A DNA stretch of 64,000 nucleotides from Chthonomonadales bacterium (lineage in GTDB: Bacteria; Armatimonadota; Chthonomonadetes; Chthonomonadales; CAJBBX01): the NCBI GenBank assembly GCA_049967475.1, contig JBMFSQ010000001.1, positions 253,077-317,076 of the forward strand, in the 5' to 3' direction. Below the pieces are notes generated by a model that saw only the letters and a list, made by a program, of their open reading frames with translations, did not search any database and was not told the DNA's origin. Made by a program: the position numbers and the translations under genes. This document shows, piece by piece, positions 10,294 through 19,737 of the stretch (position 1 is the first letter of the stretch; the number at the start of each line of letters is the position of its first letter).

Positions 10294-11469
10294 ATGGCGA
10301 CGGGACATTCGGCCCGGTATGACGACACGATCGGGGCAAACATCAAGGTCATTGGAGTGGGCGGTGGCGGCACGAATGCGGTGAACCGAATGATCGAATC
10401 CGGCCTCAATGGGGTCGAGTTCATCGCGATGAATACCGACCGCCAGGTGCTCAACATTTCGTTGGCACCCATCAAAATGCAACTCGGAGAGAACCTTACG
10501 CGGGGGCTGGGAGCCGGCGGAAACCCGGATATCGGCCGCAGCGCCGCGGAGGAAAGCAAGAGCGAGATCAAGAAGGCGCTGGACGGCGCAGACATGGTCT
10601 TCATTACTGCGGGCATGGGCGGAGGCACCGGAACGGGTGCCGCGCCGGTTATCGCAGAAATCGCCCGTGAGATTGGGGCCCTCACGGTTGCAGTGGTGAC
10701 GAAACCCTTTAACTTCGAAGGGCCCCGGCGCATGCGCCTGGCTGAAGAGGGCGTGGATAATCTTCGGGCCAAGGTGGACACGGTCATCGTGGTGCCCAAC
10801 GACCGCCTCCTGAACGTGACGGACAAGCGCATGACGCTTGTGGAAGCCTTCAAAGTGGCCGATGACGTTCTTCGGCAGGGTGTCCAAGGCATATCGGACA
10901 TCATCACGATCCCCGGCCAGATCAATGTGGATTTCGCCGACGTCCGCACCATCATGCAGAATGCAGGTTCTGCGCTCATGGGCATCGGAACGGCGACCGG
11001 CGATAATCGCGCCGTCGAGGCAGCCAACGCGGCGATATCCAGTCCGTTGCTGGAGACCTCCATCGAGGGTGCCTTGCGCGTGCTCATCAACGTAACATCG
11101 GGCCCGGACCTTACGCTCGCCGAGGCCAACGAGGCTGCCCAGTTGATCAACAGCAAATGCGACCGGCGCGAGGCCAACATCATCTTCGGATGGGTGTCCG
11201 ACGCGAGCATGGAAGGCCAGGTGCGTGTAACGGTTCTGGCTACGGGGTTCGCCACCAAGCCGCCCCAACAACAGCCCAGCATGCAGCAGCAAACCGTTGC
11301 CCCGCAGCCCACAGCGCGCCAACTGGAAACGCCCCCCGCCGTGCGTACGCACATACCGGCGCCGGGTACCGCAGGCCGCCCCGCTGTGCGCCAAGAGGTG
11401 GATGCAGCCGGCACCGATACCGTGCCGGAGGACCAGTTGGACATTCCGGCGTTCATTCGAAGAAGGTAG
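10294..11469 (+). CDS. ftsZ: Cell division protein FtsZ
   Basis: [19 protein letters not shown] tubulin signature, NVDFADV and C-terminal [10 protein letters not shown]. Confidence 0.98.
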   Translation: MATGHSARYDDTIGANIKVIGVGGGGTNAVNRMIESGLNGVEFIAMNTDRQVLNISLAPIKMQLGENLTRGLGAGGNPDIGRSAAEESKSEIKKALDGADMVFITAGMGGGTGTGAAPVIAEIAREIGALTVAVVTKPFNFEGPRRMRLAEEGVDNLRAKVDTVIVVPNDRLLNVTDKRMTLVEAFKVADDVLRQGVQGISDIITIPGQINVDFADVRTIMQNAGSALMGIGTATGDNRAVEAANAAISSPLLETSIEGALRVLINVTSGPDLTLAEANEAAQLINSKCDRREANIIFGWVSDASMEGQVRVTVLATGFATKPPQQQPSMQQQTVAPQPTARQLETPPAVRTHIPAPGTAGRPAVRQEVDAAGTDTVPEDQLDIPAFIRRR

Positions 11470-11631
11470 GCGGGCGCTTCGGCTCCCAGTGCCGGCGAGG
11501 CAACGGCTTAGCGGCATGCCGACGGACCGGGTCGGTGTTTCTCGGCCAAGGCGCGGCACCCTGTGAGGGCGCTCCTGTAGCCCGCGGCTTTTTCTGGAGA
11601 ACAGGGCGGGCGAACCGGTCAGGCCGGCCTC

Positions 11632-13089
11632 TCAGGGAGCCGTTTGGGCGCTCCGTTCAGCCTGCATGCGCTGGGCGTTGGCACGTGTGCGCGCCTTGTA
11701 TCCTTCCACCCCATCCTGGCGATACGTAAGGTCAGAGGCCGCATCGGGGATGCCTCGATCGTTCACGGCCAGGTCCTGCAAGCGGCCCTTCACCGCCACA
11801 GCATCCATGAGGGTCCGCATCAGCAGGAACAGGTGGTAGCCATCGCGGCGGGCGAGCGTGATGCCGGCAGCCGGGACCCCGTTGGCGAGGTAATCGTCCA
11901 TCGTCGCCCGGCATGAGGCATCCTGAACGGCTTGCATGGGCAGCCCTTCGAAAAACTTGAGGTCTCCTTCGATTTGACTGCCTGTGGGGATAGTCAAAGG
12001 GCTCCCGAGGTCGCTCCAGCGCACAAAGAGGACGATCTTATCGTGGGGACCGCGCAGAATGCCGTTGAGAATGGAATGGTTCCCTGTGGGGCCACGCGTG
12101 CCGATGATATTGAGCCCCTGTCCTCGTTCCTGCAGCGATTCCTCGTAAAGCTGCGTGAACCAATCACCCAACCGTGCATCATCGGCGTAGTTGCAGAACA
12201 CCATATCCGTCTTGCGGGAGTACTGTTCTGCTAGATGCCACCAGCGAGCCAATCGGAAGGCGCCATTTTCGCGATGATCCGCCGGGAGGAGAAAGCGCCG
12301 ATGGGCTTCCGCATAGCCGGCAAGGGCGGATGCCACGCGGTCCCTCGGCGCTTCACGAATGGCTGTGACGGCATACGGGAAGAGCCCCACTGGGGATGCG
12401 AAGCTGAAGCGTCCGCCGACCCCCTCGGGAACGGGCAGTATTCCGAAGAAAGGGGTCGCTCGGTTCATCTCAAAAAGAACACTGTCCGGTGCATAGCCCG
12501 TGGTGGCTACAAAGTGGGATGCCCAATCCTTGATGCCCGCCGCAATCATTCGTTCTCGGATCACGAGGGCCGCGGCGATGGTCTCGCCGGTCTTCCCCGA
12601 TTTACTTACCACGTTGACGCACGTGTGCTGCAAGAGGCGGCGCGCTTCCAGAAGCTCGAGGAGGGCATCCAACCGTTTTGGGTCGAACGTGTCCCCGGTA
12701 AAGTAGAGCTCCGGTGCGCCGCGCCGTTGGTCTGGTGAAAGCTGGTTGTGAAACGGGTGATCCAGGACGTCGTGGAGCGTACGCGCCCCAAGGTCCGATC
12801 CTCCGATGCCGACGACTACCAACACGCGGAAGGCAGATCGCACGCGATCCGCAAGCGACACCACGGCCTCGATATCGTCGCGGCGTGTGTGGCTCTGCGT
12901 CCAGGCACGGAGATTGCGTTCCAGGGTTTCATAGCCCGCCTGCTGTTCGGCAGCGAAGTCCCGGTGGATTGCAGCGAGCCGCGCATCGAGTTCGGCCGTA
13001 TGGGCTTGGCAGACCATGCTCGCTGCAAGGTTCAACGCGGCGGCGTCGTCGAGCAGGATGGGCTCAAGGGGCTTTGCGGCAGCGTCCAT
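11632..13089 (-). CDS. pgi: Glucose-6-phosphate isomerase (divergent)
   Basis: VGIGGSDLG, SKSGKTGET, VGGRFS, QLYEES and QDGVEGYK. Confidence 0.85.
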   Translation of the reverse strand: MDAAAKPLEPILLDDAAALNLAASMVCQAHTAELDARLAAIHRDFAAEQQAGYETLERNLRAWTQSHTRRDDIEAVVSLADRVRSAFRVLVVVGIGGSDLGARTLHDVLDHPFHNQLSPDQRRGAPELYFTGDTFDPKRLDALLELLEARRLLQHTCVNVVSKSGKTGETIAAALVIRERMIAAGIKDWASHFVATTGYAPDSVLFEMNRATPFFGILPVPEGVGGRFSFASPVGLFPYAVTAIREAPRDRVASALAGYAEAHRRFLLPADHRENGAFRLARWWHLAEQYSRKTDMVFCNYADDARLGDWFTQLYEESLQERGQGLNIIGTRGPTGNHSILNGILRGPHDKIVLFVRWSDLGSPLTIPTGSQIEGDLKFFEGLPMQAVQDASCRATMDDYLANGVPAAGITLARRDGYHLFLLMRTLMDAVAVKGRLQDLAVNDRGIPDAASDLTYRQDGVEGYKARTRANAQRMQAERSAQTAP

Positions 13090-13293
13090 AGCGGCATGTC
13101 CTTCCTTTGTGCACAACAGAGCGGATTGCTGCCCCGAATTGTACCCGCATGCCGATGGAAGCGGCTATATTGGAGGCATGCCGGCGGGGTACCATAGTGC
13201 GGGCCTTGTTGCCGGGCGGGGCGAGGGTTCTGATTCTGCATCTGCGTGAGGCTTCGCCCGCCGGCATCCATAAGCAGAGCAGAGGAGAGGCAA

Positions 13294-14652
13294 ATGAGTT
13301 TTCCGCCCGAGTTCTTCTTCGGCGTTGCAACGGCATCGTACCAGATTGAGGGGAGTGCTGCCCGCGCAGGGGGCGGCCTCTCCGTTTGGGATATGTTCTG
13401 TCGCAGACCGGGCAAGGTGTGGAACGGCGATACAGGGGAAGTTGCCTGCGACCATTACAACCGCTGGCGCGAAGATGTAGCGATTATGAAAGAGATCGGC
13501 GTGCAGGCGTATCGGTTCTCGGTGTCCTGGCCGCGCGTGATCCCGCAAGGCGTGGGATGCATCCATGCCGAGGGACTGGCGTTTTATGATCGCCTGGTGG
13601 ATGCCTTGCTGGAAGCCTCCATCGAGCCATGGATTACCCTCTTCCACTGGGACTATCCGTACGAACTCTACTGTCGAGGCGGATGGCTCAATCCGGATAG
13701 TCCATCTTGGTTTGCAGAATATGCTTCGGTATTGGCACGCAAGCTCTCGGACCGCGTGGCGCACTGGATCACACTGAACGAGCCGCAGTGCTTCATCGGA
13801 TTGGGGCACCAGTTGGGAACGCATGCACCAGGCGATCAACTGGGTTTGGCCGAAGTCCTTCGGGCTGCGCACCACGCGCTGCTCGCCCATGGTCGGGCGG
13901 TTCAGGTGCTACGCTCAGAATGCCGAAAGGCACCCCGCGTCGGCATTGCCCCCGTGGGTGTCACAAAGCATCCGGCTTCCGGCGATGCGCCGGATGTGGA
14001 GGCAGCGCGCCAGGCCATGTTCCGTATCGTGGACACGAGCCCGTGGAACAACACCTGGTGGCTCGATCCCATAATCCGCGGCGCCTATCCGGACGATGGC
14101 CTCAAGCTCTTCGGGAACGCTGTTCCCCAGATCCGTTCGGAGGATTTGGACACAATCTGCCAGCCGCTGGACTTTTTGGGAGTGAACATTTACAACAGCC
14201 AGCCTATTCGGGCTGCCGCAGACGGCGCATTCGACGTGGTACCCTACTCGGTGAATACGGCGCGAACTACGTACGGATGGCCCGTGACGCCTGAGGCTCT
14301 CTACTGGGGTCCGCGCTTCTTTTGGGAGCGGTACCATCTCCCCATCGTCATCACGGAGACCGGTATGGGGAATACCGATTGGCCCGCTGAAGATGGCATG
14401 GTGCACGATCCTCAGCGCATAGATTTCCTTACCCGCTATCTGCGACACCTTCATCGCGCCAGCATAGAAGGAGTGCCGGTTCAGGGCTGCTTCCATTGGT
14501 CCCTAATGGACAACTTCGAATGGAACGAGGGATACCGAATGCGTTTTGGCCTTGTTTATGTAAACTACGACACCCAGGAGCGCATCCTCAAGGACTCGGC
14601 GCGATGGTACCGGGAGCTCATCCAGAGCCGGGGCGAGGGTTCGGAAGTATAG
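13294..14652 (+). CDS. GH1 beta-glucosidase
   Basis: FFFGVATASYQIEG, YRFSVSWPR, TLNEP acid/base, ITETG nucleophile and WSLMDNFEW. Confidence 0.93.
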   Translation: MSFPPEFFFGVATASYQIEGSAARAGGGLSVWDMFCRRPGKVWNGDTGEVACDHYNRWREDVAIMKEIGVQAYRFSVSWPRVIPQGVGCIHAEGLAFYDRLVDALLEASIEPWITLFHWDYPYELYCRGGWLNPDSPSWFAEYASVLARKLSDRVAHWITLNEPQCFIGLGHQLGTHAPGDQLGLAEVLRAAHHALLAHGRAVQVLRSECRKAPRVGIAPVGVTKHPASGDAPDVEAARQAMFRIVDTSPWNNTWWLDPIIRGAYPDDGLKLFGNAVPQIRSEDLDTICQPLDFLGVNIYNSQPIRAAADGAFDVVPYSVNTARTTYGWPVTPEALYWGPRFFWERYHLPIVITETGMGNTDWPAEDGMVHDPQRIDFLTRYLRHLHRASIEGVPVQGCFHWSLMDNFEWNEGYRMRFGLVYVNYDTQERILKDSARWYRELIQSRGEGSEV

Positions 14653-14680
14653 CATTGGCGGCAAAGGGGGAGGGATCGGC

Positions 14681-15583
14681 ATGCAGGGCCCGGTATTCGT
14701 AGCAACCTGGCATTTCGGCGTCGAAGCCTGTGAGGTAGGCGGTCGAGCGCTGGCCGCCGGCGCCTGTGCCCTGGATGCCGTGGAATTAGGCGCCAATGCC
14801 GTGGAAGAGAACCCGGACGTCCTATCCGTTGGATACGGGGGCCTTCCAAATGCCGAAGGAGTGGTGGAGCTGGATGCGGCGATTATGGATGGCCGGACGC
14901 ACGCCGCGGGCGCGGTGGCAGGGCTGACAGGGATACGGCGCCCGATTTCGGTGGCCCGAGCGGTGATGGAGCGGACGCCCCACGTGATGCTCGTCGGCTA
15001 TAACGCCCGCCGCTTCGCATTGCAGCACGGGTTCCCCGAGAGCGACTTGCTTACGGAAGTGTCCCGGGCGCGCTACCGTCAATGGCTGGCCCAGAACCAA
15101 GCTGCAACGGTGGCTCATTTTGACGACCGCGGGCACGACACGGTGGGCGTATGTGCTCTGGATGGCCGCGGCGACCTTGCTGCAGGATGCACGACTTCCG
15201 GCCTTGCATGGAAGCTTCCCGGCCGCGTAGGGGATAGCCCGATCATCGGTTCCGGCCTGTATGTGGATAACCGTGTTGGCGCAGCGGCAGCCACAGGGAA
15301 CGGCGATGAGATCATGAAGGTGTGCCTGAGCTACCGCGTGATCTGCGCAATGGAGGGCGGCATGGGCCCCCAAGAAGCGTGCGAGGCGGCGATCCGCTAT
15401 CTGCTGAGAGTACGACCCCACGCACAACAGCAGGGCGCCGCCGTCATCGCCGTAAGCAAATCGGGCGGTGTTGGAGCTGCCGCCACGCAGTCCGGATTTC
15501 GCAAACCCGATCGCCTGTGGCAGTATGCTGTGGCCTCAGAAGGCGCCGTCCAGCTTTTGGAAGGCCCCTATATCGGCGGCTGA
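14681..15583 (+). CDS. N(4)-(beta-N-acetylglucosaminyl)-L-asparaginase / Ntn asparaginase-2 family
   Basis: SVGYGGLPN, ELDAAIMDG, HDTVG autocleavage Thr and GRVGDSPIIGSG. Confidence 0.88.
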   Translation: MQGPVFVATWHFGVEACEVGGRALAAGACALDAVELGANAVEENPDVLSVGYGGLPNAEGVVELDAAIMDGRTHAAGAVAGLTGIRRPISVARAVMERTPHVMLVGYNARRFALQHGFPESDLLTEVSRARYRQWLAQNQAATVAHFDDRGHDTVGVCALDGRGDLAAGCTTSGLAWKLPGRVGDSPIIGSGLYVDNRVGAAAATGNGDEIMKVCLSYRVICAMEGGMGPQEACEAAIRYLLRVRPHAQQQGAAVIAVSKSGGVGAAATQSGFRKPDRLWQYAVASEGAVQLLEGPYIGG

Positions 15584-15641
15584 CGGATCTGCTGCATCGC
15601 CGCGCTTGTGCGGTGCGAAGGCGTAACGGAGTGATGCGGCA

Positions 15642-16856
15642 TTATGCGTTCTCGAGGGCGGCTTCGTTCGCTAGGACCGCCCGTGACGGTTCGCGCACGA
15701 GCCCAAAGAGGATCACGCTTCCGGTGAGGGCGATGGCAGCCAGAAAGAGGTAGAGGTTACGTATCCCAACCAGATCCGCCACGCGTCCGGCGGCGAGGGG
15801 GCCCAGGGCGTAGGCAGCCGACCCCGCCGCGTTGAGAAGTGCCTGCCCTGTGGCCCGGTATCGCGGGGGGGCAGCATCGGCCATGAAGGCGAAGGGCACT
15901 ACGGCGAGGACGCTGAAGGTGAGGCCGTGGGTGGCCTGCAGAGCCAGTGCGGTAGTAGGCACCGTAGCGGCAGCGTAAAGGGCCAGCCGCACGGGAAGCA
16001 CGATGTAGCAGATCCTCAGGGGCAGCATACGGCCGAAGCGATCTGCCGCCCATCCCATGATGAAGAGGAAAGGCAGCTCGCAACCGGCGCTTATGGCGTA
16101 GGCCAAGGGGATGATCCTGGGCGAAGCAGGCGGATAAAAGGACTTGAGGTAAAGGCTTAGGTTCGCCGTTGCGGGCATCAGCGCCATGTACCCCAGTAGG
16201 TACGCCACGACGAAGGCACGCGTATTGGCGTTACGGAGGATCACTCCCACCCCTTCGAAGGAGAGTTCCGAGCGACCTCCGCGGATTGCCGGCCTGCCTA
16301 CCAGGAGCACAGAAAGACCTGCTCCCAGGTACAACAAGCCCGTGATGATAAAGTACTGGCGGCCCTGAACAAGCCCTGGAATGGCTGCGGCCGCTCCCAT
16401 GGTCATGATGAAGCCTATGGTTCCCCAGGCTCGTACCTCGGCGAACGACCGCCCTTCGCGGGATGAGGCGAACAGGTCGGCACCCAGCGCCGCGGCAATG
16501 GCCAAACTCATGGTACTGCCGACACCCACGAGGGTCTGCATCACGGCGAAGGCGGCATAGGACCGCACCAGCGGGTACAACAGGAAGCAGGCGCTCACCA
16601 AGAGCGATCCGCTCATGATAAACGGGTGGCGGCGACGCACACGGTCCGACCATGCGCCCGCAGGGACCAGCATGGCAGCTCCGGCTGCCGACGCCAGGGC
16701 AACTAAAGATCCAATCTGAAGATAGGTGAAGCCGAGGCTCTTCCAGTAGAGGGGGAGGAATGGGGTCGAGAAGCCTACTCCGGCGAAGGTGGCGAAGTAA
16801 TACGCCGAAAGGCCGAAGCGGTCACGAGGGTGAAGGGCCGTGCTGGCGGAACTCAT
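15642..16856 (-). CDS. MFS transporter (MFS_1-like / nucleoside:H+ symporter-like)
   Basis: About 12 hydrophobic segments; GAWSDRVRRR and GWAADRFGR MFS motif A; VRAWGTIGF; start uncertain. Confidence 0.85.
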   Translation of the reverse strand: MSSASTALHPRDRFGLSAYYFATFAGVGFSTPFLPLYWKSLGFTYLQIGSLVALASAAGAAMLVPAGAWSDRVRRRHPFIMSGSLLVSACFLLYPLVRSYAAFAVMQTLVGVGSTMSLAIAAALGADLFASSREGRSFAEVRAWGTIGFIMTMGAAAAIPGLVQGRQYFIITGLLYLGAGLSVLLVGRPAIRGGRSELSFEGVGVILRNANTRAFVVAYLLGYMALMPATANLSLYLKSFYPPASPRIIPLAYAISAGCELPFLFIMGWAADRFGRMLPLRICYIVLPVRLALYAAATVPTTALALQATHGLTFSVLAVVPFAFMADAAPPRYRATGQALLNAAGSAAYALGPLAAGRVADLVGIRNLYLFLAAIALTGSVILFGLVREPSRAVLANEAALENA

Positions 16857-16967
16857 CGCCAAAAAGTATACCCCGCCGGCATCGTGGCGGTTAACGGTCT
16901 TGATCTGTGCCCTAGCGATGCCTCCGGCCCGCGAGATGTCAAGGGGCACGTCAGCAGGGCGGGCGCG

Positions 16968-18047
16968 TCAGAGGAGGGTGGCCGCGAGGCGCTCTACAAG
17001 GGCGGCAAGCAGGCGGGCCATTTCGGCAGGGGCATCCTGATGCATGATCTCTAGCCCATGGGAGTTCTCTACGGGTATGCCTAGAGTGATGGGGCGGGCG
17101 CAGAGGCCTCTGTGGGCTGCGCATGAGGCGTCCGACCCACCGCGGGATAGTGCCTGCCATCTGGGCTCAATTCCCAATTCCCTGCATATCTGTGCCACGA
17201 GATGGAGGTCCTGAGAGGACGCAGCGCTGAAGCTGTCTGCCACCCAGATGGTGGGAGCCGGATGGGGCGCAAAGGGGCCTTCGGGCACGCTCGGGCCAAT
17301 CTCCAAGGCAACGCATACGTGGGGCCGGATCCCGCCGAGGAGGTACGATGCTCCTTCACCGCCCACCTCTTCGGCGGTCGTAGCGGCAAAAAGCACCGGG
17401 GCGCTCAATCCCTTTTCGCCGAGCCGGGCGATCGCCAGCAGCCATGCCACGATGTCGGCCCGGTCGTCCAAGAAGTGGGCCGCTACAAAGGGCCCTACCC
17501 GATGGAGGATGCGGTGCTCGGGGGCCAGCACCACGCGCGTACCCGGCCGCACGCCGCGGTCGCGGAGCGTGGAGGCATCCAGACCCGTGAAGACCGATGC
17601 ATGGTGCCATTTGAGTGGACCGGTGCGCGCTTGCTGCGCCACTGAGGCGGGGTCCTCGGTGTGGATGGATCCGAAACCCAGCACTCCAGGAAGAGGCTGG
17701 GGATGTGCCAGGACGCTCACAGGGCGATCGCCCCATTTCCACGGATGGAGCCCACCCAGAGGCTTGACGCGCAGAAGCCCGTCCGCCTCGACGTGCGTCA
17801 CCATTAGAGCAATTTCGTCCAGATGGGCCGTCACAACGATGCGCGCAGAGGTTGCATCCAGGTCTGCGTGCATCGGCACAAGAAGGTTGCCTTTGGCGTC
17901 TACCGTGCAATCTTTGCCGATCTCCTTGACGTGGCGCTCGACGGCGAGACGCACCTCATCTTCCTGCCCGGGCGGACCTGGCAGCGCGATGAGTTCGGCG
18001 AGAAGCTGGAGCGGATCGAGCATATGCGCCGGATTGGTGGAGGCCAT
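16968..18047 (-). CDS. M42 family metallopeptidase
   Basis: GPPGQE, AHLDEI, LDDRAD, AEEVG, GGSDA and SHGLE. Confidence 0.88.
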   Translation of the reverse strand: MASTNPAHMLDPLQLLAELIALPGPPGQEDEVRLAVERHVKEIGKDCTVDAKGNLLVPMHADLDATSARIVVTAHLDEIALMVTHVEADGLLRVKPLGGLHPWKWGDRPVSVLAHPQPLPGVLGFGSIHTEDPASVAQQARTGPLKWHHASVFTGLDASTLRDRGVRPGTRVVLAPEHRILHRVGPFVAAHFLDDRADIVAWLLAIARLGEKGLSAPVLFAATTAEEVGGEGASYLLGGIRPHVCVALEIGPSVPEGPFAPHPAPTIWVADSFSAASSQDLHLVAQICRELGIEPRWQALSRGGSDASCAAHRGLCARPITLGIPVENSHGLEIMHQDAPAEMARLLAALVERLAATLL

Positions 18048-18058
18048 GTTGACGAAGG

Positions 18059-18283
18059 CTATCGCCGCATGTGGTCGAACTGGTTGGAGAGGGTAGCCAG
18101 GATGCGGTCTATGGCGGCCTTGCGGGATGGGCGTCCGGTCAAATTGTCATCACCATGGGGCAGCAGGTGAACGTATGCAGGTGCGCTGGCCCTCCAGGTG
18201 TGCGTGGCATCGTCGAACCACGAGGTAATAAGGATGGATCGGCCTCGCACCTCCTGCTTGCTGCGCTCAAAATCCGCAATCAT
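18059..18283 (-). CDS. Small hypothetical protein (74 aa, weak HicB-like pattern)
   Basis: AAGGGAG RBS before ATG 18283; ends 12 nt before the M42 gene. Confidence 0.6.
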   Translation of the reverse strand: MIADFERSKQEVRGRSILITSWFDDATHTWRASAPAYVHLLPHGDDNLTGRPSRKAAIDRILATLSNQFDHMRR

Positions 18284-18385
18284 TTCCGTCTCCCTTCGCG
18301 GTACGGCGACGTGGGCCCCAAAATAGAGCGAACCCTGTGCACTACCGTGAGGGGCGTACAAGGGTTCGGGCCCGGGGTGAGCTGA

Positions 18386-19618
18386 TTAGGGCGTGCGTGT
18401 CACGCCTTCCGAGTTTAGTATACCACGGGCTGCGGGTTGAGGGAATCGCGTGCGGTGCGATGCTGCTGGCGTTCGGGCATCAAGAATGAACCAAAGGGTT
18501 TTGAGTGCAGTGGGGTTGTCCGGCTGGGCTGCGAGCACGTCGTGCACAAGATCGAGGGCCTCTGCAATGTGGCCGGTCAAGACCTCCAGGGGTGCAAGCT
18601 TCAAGGTTACGCTGACGGCATCCGGGCGGTACGCGTGGAGGGTGCGCAAGGTTCTGACGCGCTTCCACGCTGAGGCCACTGAGGCTGCGCGCTGCTGCTG
18701 AGAACGTGAATTCTTCAGGTGGAGACGCGCAGAAGCATCTGCGAGGGCTTGCAGAGCGTCGGCGTCGGCAGACGAGGCCGAGCGTGAGAGAAGCGTGAGG
18801 GCATCGCGGATGTTACCCAGCCGATCGAAGGCGATACCAAGTTTTGCTTGGATCGCTGGGTCGCCCGGTGCCATTTGGAATGCGCGCAACAGGTACATTG
18901 TGGCCGCCTCCCAGTTGCGTTTGGTGTGGGGGCCGTATTCCAACAACAATTTCCCAACTACGTAATACCCTTGAGCGGCGGGCTGCTTAAGGGTTTGACG
19001 TGCCAGCAAAATGGCCTCATGGATACGACCGACGTGTGCCAGAGCTTGGGCATAGGTGAGGGCGATTCCGGCACTATGGGGCTCCAGGCGGCGCGCAATC
19101 TCGAGCTCTGCGAGTGCGGTGCGGGGCACACCTTCTTCTGCAAGCGCGGCGCCGAGCACGAGATGCGCCAGTGCACAGTTCGGTTCGCGCGCCACCGCTG
19201 CACGAGCCGTCGCGGTCGCCCGCGTAAGCCTCTGGGCTCGCAGGTAGAAATCGCCTTCTCGGCACAGGATATGCTCGGCGTTGGGGTTGGCGGCGCGAAG
19301 CGTCTCCAAGCGAGAAACCGCACCGGCCAGATTGCCTTCACGGGCGTACGCATCTGCCATCGCGAAGTAAGGCGGCGGATATCCAGGATCCGCGGCGATT
19401 GCTGTTTCCAGTTCGCCGAATGCTGCTCGTGTGTCGCCTTCATCAAGCAGCCGCAGGCCGGCCTCATAATGTGTACGCGCCAATTGCCGCGCGTTCTGCA
19501 TCGGGCTCATGGCAGGTGCGTGTGCCCTGGACAGGAGGCGATATGCCACCCCGCCGCCTGCGAGAGTCATTAGGAATAATCCGCCGGCAATGAGGCGTAA
19601 TTGGTTACATGGCTTCAT
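18386..19618 (-). CDS. Membrane-anchored tetratricopeptide repeat protein
   Basis: N-terminal TM, then repeated TPR helix pairs (AIAADPGYPPPYFAMA, AVAREPNCALAHLVLG); start uncertain. Confidence 0.8.
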   Translation of the reverse strand: MKPCNQLRLIAGGLFLMTLAGGGVAYRLLSRAHAPAMSPMQNARQLARTHYEAGLRLLDEGDTRAAFGELETAIAADPGYPPPYFAMADAYAREGNLAGAVSRLETLRAANPNAEHILCREGDFYLRAQRLTRATATARAAVAREPNCALAHLVLGAALAEEGVPRTALAELEIARRLEPHSAGIALTYAQALAHVGRIHEAILLARQTLKQPAAQGYYVVGKLLLEYGPHTKRNWEAATMYLLRAFQMAPGDPAIQAKLGIAFDRLGNIRDALTLLSRSASSADADALQALADASARLHLKNSRSQQQRAASVASAWKRVRTLRTLHAYRPDAVSVTLKLAPLEVLTGHIAEALDLVHDVLAAQPDNPTALKTLWFILDARTPAASHRTRFPQPAARGILNSEGVTRTP

Positions 19619-19737
19619 TGGGTGCTGCAGCACGTGTATCTGGTTGTATTGTTGCTGGGTCCGGCTGCTGGGAGCGCGTTTCATCCGTCGGCCCGCAACT
19701 AAGGACCAAGCGGGCCAATGCTGTGGGGTGCCGTGGA

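Noticed and set aside
10191..11559. Two long antisense ORFs (421 and 423 aa) over ftsZ
   Set aside because: Shadow ORFs typical of high-GC coding sequence; no motifs, and ftsZ on the plus strand is unambiguous
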